Origin: Lama glama
Taxonomy: Eukaryota
NCBI GenBank assembly: GCA_028534125.1
Contig: CM052816.1
Span: forward strand, 65,474,001-65,538,000
Reading direction: 5' to 3'
DNA length: 64,000 nucleotides
Every line of letters begins with the position of its first letter. Position 1 is the first letter of the stretch. Positions 63,412 through 64,000 of this stretch are shown here, one piece after another. Below the pieces are notes generated by a model. The model did no database searches, was not told where the DNA came from, and worked only from the letters and a program-made list of their open reading frames with translations. The position numbers and the translations under genes are program-made.

Positions 63412-63639
63412 CTTAGGCTCTTAGGTCTTGGTTCTTTCATTTCTTGTTCTGCATTAAAATCCCTCTCTCACCATTGCCTTTGACTCACATTCTACTCGTT
63501 CTTCACGCCCAGATCAGTTACCATTTCCTTCATGATCTGAGCAAGCAATGGCTGGTGATTACCACTCTTTTTTTGGAATTTTATAATTCTATGTATTTTC
63601 CTATGATATTTGTTGCCTTTTGTTATACACTTGTTCAAA

Positions 63640-63915
63640 AATAATTAATGAGTGCTATGCTTGTGCTAGACATTCTGTTCTCTGGAGGGTCAGAAAAATT
63701 AATGGCTGAATAACATTTTGAAAAACTCATTGCAACCTGGTGGAAGAAACAATCCCATAAAATACATTAATTAAAACACAATGTAAAAGAGGTAGAAGTA
63801 TGGGGAAAGAGATATGAGGAATCAAAAAGGAAGAATTACATTTGGGGGAGAAGGGAAGGTAGTGCTGAGGGAGGGAGGAAAATTTTCATGAAAGAAGTGA
63901 CATTGAAATTTGCCT
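63640..63915 (-). mobile_element. L2 remnant
   Basis: 'taattaatgagtgctatgcttgtgctagacatt...aaattttcatgaaagaagtgacattgaaatttgccttg'. Confidence 0.6.
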
Positions 63916-63919
63916 TGCT

Positions 63920-64000
63920 GGGGGAGGGTATAGCTCAGTGGTAGAGCATGTGCTTAGCATGCATGAGGTCCTAGGTTCGATCCCCAGTACCTCCATTTAA
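63920..64000 (+). mobile_element. tRNA-Ala(AGC)-derived camelid SINE (Vic-1 type), cut off by window end
   Basis: 'ggggagggtatagctcagtggtagagcatgtgcttagcatgcatgaggtcctaggttcgatccccagtacctcca' with intact A and B boxes; same family as 6419-6556. Confidence 0.9.

Larger units (their letters stand above)
1..64000 (+). other. PDE4D: Intron of PDE4D (cAMP phosphodiesterase 4D), inferred host gene; no exon recognised in window
   Basis: Inference: MIR582 (42658-42755, +) is an established intronic miRNA of PDE4D on the same strand; L1 and LTR insertions are almost all on the - strand, as typical within long + strand genes; recursive splice-site motif on + at 62047. Confidence 0.85.

Noticed and set aside
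63920..63995. True tRNA-Ala gene
   Set aside because: Has the extra 5' G-run and head shared with the TSD-flanked SINE at 6419 and sits at the edge of an L2 remnant; better explained as a SINE.

Overview
This is AT-rich mammalian intronic DNA, almost certainly camelid, judged from the Vic-1-type tRNA-Ala-derived SINEs and camelid/cetartiodactyl-style L1 3' ends. I found no protein-coding exon; the recognisable ORFs in the track are L1 remnants or run through the N gap, and the rest look like chance. The key anchor is the MIR582 hairpin (42658-42755, +), whose 5p arm matches human miR-582-5p as I recall it. MIR582 lies in an intron of PDE4D, so the window is very likely part of a long PDE4D intron on the + strand, which fits the near-total antisense orientation of L1s and LTRs. 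The most interesting signal is a recursive-splicing architecture at 61980-62091: a 66-nt AG-free zone, branch point, pyrimidine tract, TAG|GTAAGT, a 38-nt RS-exon and a second GTAAGT. Other features are a nested L1-in-L1 complex (52721-60850) whose young element has both ends but an ORF1-to-RT deletion at a 4-nt microhomology, a twin-primed inverted L1, an 81-bp inverted duplication, a ~200-bp direct duplication, a perfect 18-bp hairpin and a PBX-HOX/MEIS motif cluster. Repeat subfamily names and old-repeat boundaries come from recalled consensus sequences and are approximate; no searches were run.
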